Assembly (NCBI GenBank): GCA_963827685.1
Contig: CAWHBU010000007.1
Coordinates: forward strand, 177,129 to 241,128
Direction of reading: 5' to 3'
DNA from: an uncultured delta proteobacterium
GTDB taxonomy: Bacteria > Desulfobacterota > BSN033 > UBA1163
DNA: 64,000 nucleotides
This document shows, piece by piece, positions 40,532-49,966 of the stretch (its first letter is position 1; each line of letters opens with the position of its first letter). The position numbers and the translations under genes were made by a program. The notes under the pieces were generated by a model. The model searched no databases and had not been told where the DNA came from. It was given only the letters and a program-made list of their open reading frames with translations.

Positions 40532-41721
40532 GTGCAGGAACAAAGGCTAATTGTGCAACTCTTTGGGTCTCTTTTGCAGTGGATCTGTTTGGTTCCCACG
40601 ATCGCGGGATCTATTTATTTGATTCTATGCCTGCTTGCGGTCTTGCGCTTCCGGACCCAGCCCGATGTTCGCCCGAGTACTCCTTTTCTCAATGGCCTCC
40701 GGTCACCATTCTGAAGCCCGTGCGGGGCCTTGAGAAAAACCAGGAGCATAATCTGCGTAGCGCCTGCCTGCAGGATTACCCAGAGTTTCAGGTCGTTTTC
40801 TCAATTCAAGACCCCGACGATCCGGTCCTCCCCCTGCTGAAAAAAATCGAACTGGAGTTTGGTTCGAAAAAAGTATCCGTGGTTATCGGAGATCGCCAGG
40901 TCGGTCCCAATGGAAAGATTAACAACCTTCTCGGTGCCCTACCCCGTGCGCATTACGATATCCTGGTCATCAGCGACAGTGACGTATACTTGAAACATGA
41001 TTATCTGAAAGCGATCATTGCTCCTCTGGCTGATCCCAACGTAGGATGTGTCTGTACACTTTATAAAGCGACCTGCGCGGATCGATGGTACGAGAAAATG
41101 GAGCTGCTGACCTTCAACGCCGATTTCATTCCCAGCGTGATCTTTGCCCATGTCACCGGATCTGCAAAGTTTTGTCTGGGATCTTCGATGGCATTGCGGC
41201 GGTCTTCCTTGAATGAACTAGGTGGCCTGGAAACTTTATCTGACTACCTCGTAGAAGACTATGAGATCGGCCGGAGACTCTGGACTTCCGGAAAGAAGAT
41301 CGCTATTGTGCGCTACTTCGTCGACATCGTAGTGGATCTTAAGAATCCATTTCAGTGGTGGAATCATCAGATCTTTTGGGATCAGAAAACCCGCGCAGCA
41401 CAACCCGCGGGTTTTTTTGCCACCCTACTGATTCGTTCTGTTCCCTTTGCACTTTTTTTTGCAGCGTCCCGTTCGGGAGATGCTGTCGGGCTGGTGGTCT
41501 TGGGAGGAGCCATTGGGCTTCGCCTGGCAATCGCCGCGGTCATTCTGGGATGGGGCCTTCGAGATAGGGAGGGGTTAAAAAGTCTTGCGCTTCTCCCATT
41601 AAGAGATCTAACAGATCTTGTTTCTTGGTTGTTGGCCATTACGAAAAAGAGGGTCATTTGGCGCGGTTCAGAGTTTAATTTGATCCGTGGACGTTTGGTG
41701 CCTCGGGAGAACCCATCATGA
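40532..41721 (+). pseudogene. hpnI: HpnI glycosyltransferase, frameshift after N-terminal TM
   Basis: TM segment in the 40532 frame; catalytic part (VTILKPVRG, NGKINNL, SDSD, LVEDY) in the 40528 frame; switch near 40655-40675. Confidence 0.78.
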
Positions 41722-42566
41722 AAAAGCTCATCATTACCGGGGATGACTTTGGTCTTTCGCGGTCGGTGAACGAAGCGATCGAAGAGGCCCATCGACGAGG
41801 TTATCTCACAGGCGCGAGCTTGATGGTGGGGGGGAAAGCCGCAACAGATGCCGTGGACCGAGCAAGGCGATTTCCTTCCCTGAAGATTGGCCTACATCTG
41901 GTGCTGGTGGACGGATTCTCCGTCTTACCTCCTGAAACCATTCCAAATCTCGTAGACCAAAGAGGTAGACTTCCAGCTCATCTCATCGGGGCAGGAATGA
42001 ATTTCTTTTTTCGGCTGAAGGTGAGGCAGCAGTTGGAGGCGGAAATCCGTGCACAGTTTGAAGCGTTCCAAAAGACCGGACTTTTACTCGACCACGTCAA
42101 TGCCCATCATCACATGCACCTCCATCCGACCGTATCGGGGCTCATCTTGATGGTTGGAAGGGATTACGGAATGAGAACCGTACGACTGCCTTATGAGCCT
42201 CCTTTACCTTCATGGCGAGCGTCGAGGAATGGACTTCTACGGAGGACGGGCACTTGCCTTCTCCTGTCGCCTTGGGTTTCTCTTTTAAAGAAAAGGTTCA
42301 AGCGTGCGGGGGTGCACTCGAATGATTTTGTTTTTGGCATGAACGACAGCGGTCGCATGAATTTAGATCTGGTCCTTCGTCTTCTCAGGCAGCTTCCTTC
42401 AGGAGTGACAGAAATCTATTTCCATCCTGTCGTTCCCGAGGCGGGCGGACGAGGAAAAGGCAGTCGCCCTCAGGACGATTTAGAAGCCCTGAAAAGTCTT
42501 GAGGTACGAGAGGCACTTCTCACCTCGGGTATCCAACTGATTGCGTTCAGTGACCTTCAGGAATAA
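41718..42566 (+). CDS. hpnK: HpnK/ChbG-family deacetylase
   Basis: IITGDDFG, GLHLVL, DHVNAHHHMHLHP, EIYFHP. Confidence 0.9.
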   Translation: MKKLIITGDDFGLSRSVNEAIEEAHRRGYLTGASLMVGGKAATDAVDRARRFPSLKIGLHLVLVDGFSVLPPETIPNLVDQRGRLPAHLIGAGMNFFFRLKVRQQLEAEIRAQFEAFQKTGLLLDHVNAHHHMHLHPTVSGLILMVGRDYGMRTVRLPYEPPLPSWRASRNGLLRRTGTCLLLSPWVSLLKKRFKRAGVHSNDFVFGMNDSGRMNLDLVLRLLRQLPSGVTEIYFHPVVPEAGGRGKGSRPQDDLEALKSLEVREALLTSGIQLIAFSDLQE

Positions 42567-42580
42567 TATCGAAATCCAAA

Positions 42581-42693
42581 GTGAAGCTCTCCGACCAGAA
42601 GCCGGGGCTTCCCGGGCACGCAGTGGCGAGCGGGACGCGAGCAAAGGAAATATCGTTTAAATTGTGCCCCTTCCTGGCTGCCGGTAGGCAGGG
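42581..42693. repeat. Degenerate copy of the 29293 palindromic element
   Basis: GTGAAGCTC...GGGGCTTCCCGG...ATTGTGCCCCTTCCTG.CTGCCGGTAGGCAGGG. Confidence 0.6.
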
Positions 42694-42742
42694 AGCGCAC
42701 CCGGATCATCGACTGTCTGTTGCAGCCTAATTAGATAAAGGC

Positions 42743-43111
42743 TCAAGGCAGGGAGGTTAAAGCGACTCCGAGGCAGACAAGAAGAATTCCCCCCCAGCGC
42801 TGGAAGGTGACGGTCTCCTTCAAGAAAAACTTCGCTCCAAGGGTGCTGAAAACATAGACCAATGATTTGGCGGGAAAAACAAGACTTAAGTCAGCCCAGG
42901 AGAGAACGATCAAAAATGAGAAGAAGGTGACGGCAACAAAAAAAATGCCGGAAAGAAAGCTTTTATTAGTGATCACCCTCCCCCCAATGGCCAGAAGGGC
43001 TTTCAGATTGAGGGTGGAGATCTCACCCACTTGCTTCATTCCTCTGGTTAGGAAGACATCCCCTGCTGAATCGGCCAACACGATGATGGCAATCAGAATC
43101 GCGGTTCTCAT
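42743..43111 (-). CDS. Small DMT/EamA-like 4-TM protein
   Basis: GMKQVG, LSWADLSLV.P, FLKETV..RW.G. Confidence 0.85.
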   Translation of the reverse strand: MRTAILIAIIVLADSAGDVFLTRGMKQVGEISTLNLKALLAIGGRVITNKSFLSGIFFVAVTFFSFLIVLSWADLSLVFPAKSLVYVFSTLGAKFFLKETVTFQRWGGILLVCLGVALTSLP

Positions 43112-43542
43112 CGCCCCCCACTTCTCAGAATCTCTTTGCTTTCGTGGTAGGCCTTTTGCCTCTCGGATCGCAAAATCAGGATGACGCCGATGGAAATCAA
43201 TAGAACCCCCGTCCATCTCGTCAGAGAAACGACTTCATGGAGGAAGTGGTTGGCAAACACCACATTCACCACGACTTCTGCGGAAACAGCGGGCACAACA
43301 AAGCTTAAATCGGCCCATGAAAGGGCGGAGGCAAAAAGAATAAAAGAAACGATTAAGAGAGCTGTTCCAAACCAAAGGGTAGGACTTTCAACGGCCTGGG
43401 GATATAGAACTAACCAATTGTTACTCCCGATCTCCTTCATCCGCATGCTGAGGAAAACGTTTCCGGCCGCCTGAGCAAATATGGCCGGAATCAACACAAG
43501 AATGGTTTTCCTCAAGGAAGTTCCTCTGGCAGTCGACGTCAT
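43108..43542 (-). CDS. Small DMT/EamA-like 4-TM protein (paralogous partner)
   Basis: GNVFLS, LSWADLSFVVP, FLHEVVS..RW.G; ATGA overlap with partner. Confidence 0.85.
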   Translation of the reverse strand: MTSTARGTSLRKTILVLIPAIFAQAAGNVFLSMRMKEIGSNNWLVLYPQAVESPTLWFGTALLIVSFILFASALSWADLSFVVPAVSAEVVVNVVFANHFLHEVVSLTRWTGVLLISIGVILILRSERQKAYHESKEILRSGGR

Positions 43543-43638
43543 GGGTGGTCACCGTCCCGCCTCTCGAACCTTCGATCTTTTCCATTTTTTCTGGTACCTA
43601 TCCAGTCACAGCGGAAATGTCTCCAGTGATTCATCCGG

Positions 43639-45075
43639 TCATACCTCTGTTTTAGCAGAATGAATAAAACCCTTTCTCTTCGCGCGAAGTCTCAAGAACT
43701 CTTTCCCTTCCTGGTATAACCGCCGGCGTTCGTTTCCGTCAAATAAAGCCCGGCGAACGATCCGAAAGATGATCCTGGGACGAAAATAATAACGGGCGTA
43801 AAGGTCTTCTACGGCTTTCAGGATCTCCCCTTTACTCAAATCCGGATATTGGAAGTTGGGCAGCTGATGTCCTTGGTCATCAGTCATCTCCGCGGAAATG
43901 AAATAGCCGTGATCTTGCAAGTATTGATAAAAATCCGTTCCCGGATAGGGGTGAGACATGGAGACCTGAATCGTCTCCGGGTCAAGCTTCATGGCAAACC
44001 GTATGGTTCTTTCGATCGTCTCACGAGTTTCGCCAGGAAGGCCCATTTGAAAATCTCCGTGAACCTTGAATCCCAAGCGTCTGCAATGCTTCATGAAGGC
44101 CAGGGCCTGCTCGACCGTTGCCCCTTTTTTGATGTTTTTTAGAATTGCCGGGTCCCCGGATTCAAAACCAACGATCAAAAGGCGGCAGCCGGCCTCTTTC
44201 ATCGCCTGGAGGGTTTCAAAGTCGGTTGTCGCCCGCGCATTACAGGACCAAGTGAACTGAAGGGGCTTCAGTTTCTGGCAAAGATCAAGAACCCGGGATT
44301 TGCCTATGGTGAAGGTGTCATCGTCAAAAAATATTTCCTTGACCTCGGGGAACAACTCCTGGGCTCGCCTCACCTCCGCAACCACATTATCGCTGCTGCG
44401 CGTACGCCAGCGATGGCTACACATGGTTTGCGGCCAGAGGCAAAAGGCACATAGCGCCGGGCACCCCCGAGACGTGTAAAAGGAGAGATAAGGGTGATGC
44501 AAAAAAGGGATATTATACTTAGTAATATCGAGATCGCGTTTAAAGATCTCCACCACAAAGGGCAGGGCATCGAGATCCTCAATCAAGGGGCGATCCGGGT
44601 TATGAAAAATGAGGCCATTTTTTCGGAAGCTGATGCCGACAATTTCTTCGAGTTTTTTCCCCCAGGCAAATTCGGCAACCGCATAGTCAAACTCTTTTCT
44701 TGCCACGAAGTCGATGGCCGGTGAAGCCTTGAGACTCTCCTCGGGCAGGACCGTAACGTGCGGACCGACAAATGCGATTTTCGTCTCGGGTTCGGCTTCC
44801 TTTATTCTCTCAGCCAGACGGACATCGCTTTGAAATCCAGCAGTTGAAGTGAAGATGACCACGAAATCATAACCGGTGGCAATGCGAACCGTCTCTTCCG
44901 GTTTGAACCCATGGGAAGGAGCATCAAGAAGATGACTGTCTCGAATCAAACCGGCGGGATAGGCGAGCCAAGTGGGATACCAGAAGGAGTGGATCTCTCG
45001 CCTTGCCGGGTAACGGGAACCGGCCCCACCGTCGAACTTCTCGAAAGACGGAGGATTCAAAAGCAGTGTTTTCAT
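43639..45075 (-). CDS. hpnJ: Hopanoid-associated B12-binding radical SAM protein
   Basis: LLNPPSFEKFDGGAGSRY, RGCPALCAFCLWPQT, FFDDDTF. Confidence 0.93.
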   Translation of the reverse strand: MKTLLLNPPSFEKFDGGAGSRYPARREIHSFWYPTWLAYPAGLIRDSHLLDAPSHGFKPEETVRIATGYDFVVIFTSTAGFQSDVRLAERIKEAEPETKIAFVGPHVTVLPEESLKASPAIDFVARKEFDYAVAEFAWGKKLEEIVGISFRKNGLIFHNPDRPLIEDLDALPFVVEIFKRDLDITKYNIPFLHHPYLSFYTSRGCPALCAFCLWPQTMCSHRWRTRSSDNVVAEVRRAQELFPEVKEIFFDDDTFTIGKSRVLDLCQKLKPLQFTWSCNARATTDFETLQAMKEAGCRLLIVGFESGDPAILKNIKKGATVEQALAFMKHCRRLGFKVHGDFQMGLPGETRETIERTIRFAMKLDPETIQVSMSHPYPGTDFYQYLQDHGYFISAEMTDDQGHQLPNFQYPDLSKGEILKAVEDLYARYYFRPRIIFRIVRRALFDGNERRRLYQEGKEFLRLRAKRKGFIHSAKTEV

Positions 45076-45130
45076 CCTTCAATCCTTTTCACTGAGATAC
45101 TCGCGTGTTACCTCCCAGGTATCGTGAAGC

Positions 45131-45359
45131 CGTCCTATCATGGAGCCCCACGGGCAAAGCCCGTGGTACCTCCATGAAATACCCGCCTACGCCCATGGAC
45201 GCTGAAACGCTTCGGTGCGCAAGTGCAAGGGCTTCGGCGGGTTATCCGCCGGTAGCGGAATCCGCCGTAGCATTAACCTAGGGGCACAGGAATGACTAAG
45301 CCGCGGAGTCCGCATTCATCCACGGGCAAAGCCCGTGGTCTTCTGCGTAGGCGGATAAA
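45131..45359. repeat. Palindromic non-autonomous element (IS200/IS605-like ends)
   Basis: CCACGGGCAAAGCCCGTGG hairpin twice (45148-45166, 45320-45338). Confidence 0.7.
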
Positions 45360-45606
45360 ACACCGTGCCATTCTTTTCCCTCTGATCTCTACCAAAGGCC
45401 ACGGTTCCTGTTCTCCTTGACCTGCTTCTTCGTTCCCCTTCCTTAACGGCAAGCAGGCTCCCGTGCTCACAAGTAAATATCAGATTTCGAAGTCTGTTTG
45501 TCAATATTTTTCGATTCTTCTCTCATAAAAAATATATCTGATTGCACTTGACAACTATTTTCATAGACGATTATCATTTTAGATATATTCAAATTTGGAT
45601 TAACGA

Positions 45607-46536
45607 ATGCAAGTGGTCCTCGCTCAACCCCGTGGATTCTGTGCAGGCGTGGTTCGCGCCATCAAGATTGTGGAGCGTGCCCTCGAGATTTACGGCACAA
45701 CTGTTTACGTGTTGCATGAGATTGTCCATAATCACCACGTCGTCAAAGATTTGAAAAACCAGGGTGCCTCATTTATTGAAACGCTCGATGACGTTCCTGC
45801 GGGTGCGGTGACCATCTTCAGTGCCCACGGTGTATCCACAGCCGTGGTTAAAGAGGCGGAAAAGAGAAATTTGAAGATCATCGATGCCACTTGTCCATTG
45901 GTTACCAAGGTTCATCTCCAGGCCCAGCGGTACAGCCGCCAAGGTTTCGAGATCATCATTATCGGTCATCCCGGCCATCCAGAGGTAGAGGCCACCCGGG
46001 GCTGGGTGGAAGGGCCAGTTTACGTCCTTTCGAGGAAAGATGAAGTGGAAAGGCTAAAGGTCAGAAACCCGAATCGCCTGGCCTATGTCACTCAAACGAC
46101 GCTCAGCCTTGACGACACCCGTGAAGTGATCGATGCCTTAAAAGGCCGGTGGCACAACATTCAGGGTCCTGAGTTGAGTGATATCTGTTATGCGACACAA
46201 AGCCGGCAGAACGCGGTCCGGCAACTGGCAAAAGACATAGGCTTATTATTAGTGGTCGGGGCCCGTAACAGTTCCAATTCGAATCGTCTGCGTGAGGTAG
46301 GTGAACATAGCGGCTTGCCTGCTTATTTGATTGAGGATATTGATGATCTCAACCCTGCTTGGTTCTCGGAAAAGACCAGGGTCGGCATTACTGCCGGAAC
46401 CTCTGCCCCCGAGGAAATGGTGCAAAAGGTTCTAAAAAGATTGCATGCCTATGGTGTAAGCCTGGTGAACGAGATGGCGGGTGAGCCTGAAAAAATGATT
46501 TTTCGCCTGCCGGATTCCCTATTCCCTCAAAGTTAG
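45607..46536 (+). CDS. ispH: 4-hydroxy-3-methylbut-2-enyl diphosphate reductase
   Basis: PRGFCAGV, IVHN, SAHG, DATCPLV, ICYATQ, SSNSNRL. Confidence 0.96.
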   Translation: MQVVLAQPRGFCAGVVRAIKIVERALEIYGTTVYVLHEIVHNHHVVKDLKNQGASFIETLDDVPAGAVTIFSAHGVSTAVVKEAEKRNLKIIDATCPLVTKVHLQAQRYSRQGFEIIIIGHPGHPEVEATRGWVEGPVYVLSRKDEVERLKVRNPNRLAYVTQTTLSLDDTREVIDALKGRWHNIQGPELSDICYATQSRQNAVRQLAKDIGLLLVVGARNSSNSNRLREVGEHSGLPAYLIEDIDDLNPAWFSEKTRVGITAGTSAPEEMVQKVLKRLHAYGVSLVNEMAGEPEKMIFRLPDSLFPQS

Positions 46537-46551
46537 TGGCGGGAAACTACC

Positions 46552-47622
46552 ATGGGTGTACCCTTCATTCAACAATATCGTATTTCGAGTTATTTGATCG
46601 ACCAGAAGCTTCACGGAAGGCGACGCTATCCACTGGTGTTGATGCTGGAACCCTTGTTTCGCTGCAACCTGGAGTGTGCCGGCTGTGGTAAGATCGATTA
46701 TCCCGAAGAGATTCTCAATCGACGTCTGAGTCTCAATGAGTGCCTTTCTGCGTCCGATGAATGCGGTGTGCCCGTTGTGGCGATTTCTGGAGGAGAGCCT
46801 CTGATCCATGAGGAGATGCCTTACATTGTCTCGGGTCTCATAAAAAGGAAAAAGTTTGTCTATCTCTGTACCAACGGATTATTGCTTAAAGCTCGTATCA
46901 AAGACTATACACCATCTCCCTACCTCACCCTCTCCATCCATCTGGATGGTAATCGGGAGAGGCATGATGCGTTGGCTTGCCGGCAAGGGGTATACGATTC
47001 AGCGGTTGAAGGCATCAAGCTGGCCTGTGCGAAAGGGTTTCGGGTGGCCATTAACTGTACCCTCTATGAAGGGATCACAGCACAAGACGTTTCAGGCTTC
47101 TTTGACTTTGTGATGAGTTTGGGGGTTGAAGGTATGATGGTGTCGCCTGCTTATCGATATTCGCAGGCGCCGCAAAAGGACATCTTCCTGAGGAGGACGC
47201 GAAGCATAAACCTCTTCCGCGACATCCTCAAACTTGGCAAAGGTCGAAAATGGAAATTCAATCAGTCGATTCTATTTCTCGACTTTCTGGCTGGCAACCA
47301 AGCTTATGAATGCACCCCGTGGGGCAACCCTACGCGGAATATCTTTGGCTGGCAGAGACCTTGCTATCTGTTGACGAAGGAAGGTTATGCTCCAAGTTTC
47401 AAAGCCCTTATAGACGAGACGATTTGGGAGAATTATGGCAATGGTCGCAATCCCAAGTGTGCCAACTGCATGCTCCATAGCGGTTTCGAGCCGACAGCAG
47501 TCAATGACGCTTTCGTACATCCCCTCAAGGCGCTTTGGGTCTATGTGCGTGGTCCCCGGACCGACGGCCCAATGGCTCAAGAATTACCAAATGCCTGTCG
47601 GGATTCTTTGGTTTCAAAATAG
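46552..47622 (+). CDS. hpnH: Adenosylhopane synthase (radical SAM)
   Basis: YPLVLMLEPLFRCNLECAGCGKI, CTPWG, GWQRPCYL, CANCM. Confidence 0.95.
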   Translation: MGVPFIQQYRISSYLIDQKLHGRRRYPLVLMLEPLFRCNLECAGCGKIDYPEEILNRRLSLNECLSASDECGVPVVAISGGEPLIHEEMPYIVSGLIKRKKFVYLCTNGLLLKARIKDYTPSPYLTLSIHLDGNRERHDALACRQGVYDSAVEGIKLACAKGFRVAINCTLYEGITAQDVSGFFDFVMSLGVEGMMVSPAYRYSQAPQKDIFLRRTRSINLFRDILKLGKGRKWKFNQSILFLDFLAGNQAYECTPWGNPTRNIFGWQRPCYLLTKEGYAPSFKALIDETIWENYGNGRNPKCANCMLHSGFEPTAVNDAFVHPLKALWVYVRGPRTDGPMAQELPNACRDSLVSK

Positions 47623-47638
47623 ACAATGGAAGGATGCT

Positions 47639-48241
47639 ATGGATCGGGTTTGTCTATTTATACTTCTTTCTTTAGTCATCAATACGGTCGAGCCATCGCC
47701 TTCAATCAGCGCCCATCCTGCAATCGATGTCGTTGAAAACTTACACAAAACCCTTCTCATCGTAATGAAAGAGGGCAACAAGATCGGTTACCAAGGTCGA
47801 TATGATCAGCTTGCACCGGTGATCACGGGCAGTTTTGACATGCCCTTTATCGCCAAAACAGTATTGGGTAGATATTGGGAGACGATGAATAGCGAACAAA
47901 AGTCAAAATTTGTCGAGACATTTAGTAAGCTAAGTATTGCCACCTATGCAGCAAACTTTGATACTTATTCCGGAGAACGCTTCAAGACGGTTTCAGAGAA
48001 AGAAGTGGGCGGTGGCCGAATTCTGGTACAGAGCCAGCTCATCAAGTCCGACGGCGGACAGGTTCAATTGGACTATCTTCTGCACCGCACCGACGGCCAA
48101 TGGCGCATAATCAATGTCATTGCAGAGGGCGTGAGCGATCTTGCCCTGAAGCGCGCAGATTATTCTGCGTTCCTTAAGAACAAGAGATTCGAAGCCTTAC
48201 TTCAAAAGTTAAACGAGAAGATTGCCCAATATTCTAAGTGA
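47639..48241 (+). CDS. hpnM: HpnM (MlaC-like) hopanoid shuttle
   Basis: YQGRY..LAPVI..SFD, WRIINVIAEGVSDLALKRADY. Confidence 0.85.
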   Translation: MDRVCLFILLSLVINTVEPSPSISAHPAIDVVENLHKTLLIVMKEGNKIGYQGRYDQLAPVITGSFDMPFIAKTVLGRYWETMNSEQKSKFVETFSKLSIATYAANFDTYSGERFKTVSEKEVGGGRILVQSQLIKSDGGQVQLDYLLHRTDGQWRIINVIAEGVSDLALKRADYSAFLKNKRFEALLQKLNEKIAQYSK

Positions 48242-48255
48242 GTTTGAAATCCTGC

Positions 48256-48831
48256 TTAAAATGAAATTCCCAAAAGAGCATTGTGTGTGTTTAATCCTCT
48301 ATCGCCTCTGAAGGGATCAGAGATATGATAGAAACGATATTCTGCCCTTAATGCCAATCCTTTCCCAAGGTTATAGTAAATGCCCGCACCCGTCTGAAGA
48401 ATTCCTCCACAATGCGTATCTCCAATCTCGTTCACCTTTTTACCAGCGCTGTCATAACCAAGCCCTCCTCCGGCGAGTATAAATAAAGAGCCCCATTTTC
48501 GTTGGATGGGTTTAAAAAGAATGTTGGCATTAACACCCAAAAAGTAGAAATCTTTTTCAGCAGAGATGTCCCAATAAGAAAAATTTCCTTCAAATTCTAA
48601 ATTCCAATTCTTGTAAAGAGCCAAATCGACGCGAGGAAGAAGTCCGTATATGTACATATGGGGTTTATTGTTCCATGCGTCACCTCTGCCTCCAAAAACA
48701 GAAAAGCCGTAATTGAATTGACTGACCTCTTCCCCGTAAGAATGAGAAATCAATAACCCAACCATCATAAAGGCAACGAAAGTGAAGAGCAAATACCTTT
48801 TACTTACCACCTTTTCACACATCTCCATCAT
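48256..48831 (-). CDS. PagL-like (acyloxyacyl hydrolase) outer-membrane beta-barrel
   Basis: Signal peptide; amphipathic strands; YRFYHISD...GLN motif; C-terminal Phe. Confidence 0.7.
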   Translation of the reverse strand: MMEMCEKVVSKRYLLFTFVAFMMVGLLISHSYGEEVSQFNYGFSVFGGRGDAWNNKPHMYIYGLLPRVDLALYKNWNLEFEGNFSYWDISAEKDFYFLGVNANILFKPIQRKWGSLFILAGGGLGYDSAGKKVNEIGDTHCGGILQTGAGIYYNLGKGLALRAEYRFYHISDPFRGDRGLNTHNALLGISF

Positions 48832-49120
48832 AGAGCCCCCTTTAAGTAACGGCTCAAGGATCGTCTGAAATTCAAAAAAAAATCAACTCAAGAGGTCATT
48901 CACTTATCATTCTTATTATACCTGCCGCTCAATCACCAATGTCAAGAAGAAAACCGACGCTCGTGCCCTTCCCTTGAGAAATTGCGAAACAATCCGGGAG
49001 GAAATCAGTTGGACAAATTTTAGTGGTGACAGGTCCCAAAATTTGTTAAAATATCTACGGGTGGGTTCCAGCCGGCCCATCTCAATATTGATCTGAAATC
49101 CGGATTTTTAGAGGATAACA

Positions 49121-49960
49121 TTGGAAGTTAGGCCAAAAAAGAGGACCTTTATCGGACTGTTAGTCTTTACCTGTGTTATTCTGTTCGTTCTCATTTTTCT
49201 TCTCTGGTATGTTCCCATGGTGGGGTTGAAAAACATTCATCCATCCCTCCCACCTATCTTCAGTTTGGCCCTCGCCTCTTTGGTCTTCCTCATCATCTTC
49301 GGCGGTCTACTCCTTGTCTTCACCATACTCCGGGGGAAAGACATCTTCCTATCTCATAAGCTGAGAGGTCTTGTTGCGAAAGTCCTCTTTCCGCTAATGA
49401 TTCTGATGGGAAAGGTAGTCGGTATACCCAAAGAGAGAGTTCGACAGTCTTTCGTCGAGCTGAACAACCATCTCATCCGATCGAACAGACACCGGGTCCG
49501 GCCCGATAAACTTTTGATCCTCCTTCCTCACTGCATTCAGAATTTTGATTGCGAGATTAAGATCACAGGGAATATTAGAAACTGCAAAGGCTGCGGAAAA
49601 TGTGAAATTAAAGATTTGATTGAACTCTCTGATCAATATCATTTAAAGATCGCAGTAGCCACTGGCGGAACATTGGCCAGGAGAATTGTTTTGGAGAACA
49701 GACCTGAGGCCATTGTGGCGGTCGCCTGCGAATTTGATCTGACCGCTGGCATTCAAGACACTTATCCGATTCCGGTGATCGGGATTCTGAACGAGCGTCC
49801 CAACGGGCCCTGCATCAACACCAAAGCGGATATTGAGAAGGTGAGGAGTGCCATTATTGATTTTCTTGAAGGCTCCCCGCCTTCCGACCCTTCAGGAAAG
49901 CCAAAAACCGATCCACCCCACCCATCCGATAGGCATAAGGGAAAAAGTTCCCGGGGATAA
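49121..49960 (+). CDS. DUF116 protein with two N-terminal TM helices
   Basis: LLPHCIQ...C..CKGCGKC, VATGGTLAR, AVACE.DL, NERPNGPCINT. Confidence 0.88.
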   Translation: MEVRPKKRTFIGLLVFTCVILFVLIFLLWYVPMVGLKNIHPSLPPIFSLALASLVFLIIFGGLLLVFTILRGKDIFLSHKLRGLVAKVLFPLMILMGKVVGIPKERVRQSFVELNNHLIRSNRHRVRPDKLLILLPHCIQNFDCEIKITGNIRNCKGCGKCEIKDLIELSDQYHLKIAVATGGTLARRIVLENRPEAIVAVACEFDLTAGIQDTYPIPVIGILNERPNGPCINTKADIEKVRSAIIDFLEGSPPSDPSGKPKTDPPHPSDRHKGKSSRG

Positions 49961-49966
49961 TTTCTG

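Noticed and set aside
47435-47638. N-terminal extensions given by the ORF track (hpnM; also amtB, aor, radC, Kat-like, trpB2)
   Set aside because: They overlap upstream genes or repeats; downstream starts have RBS and family-typical N-termini
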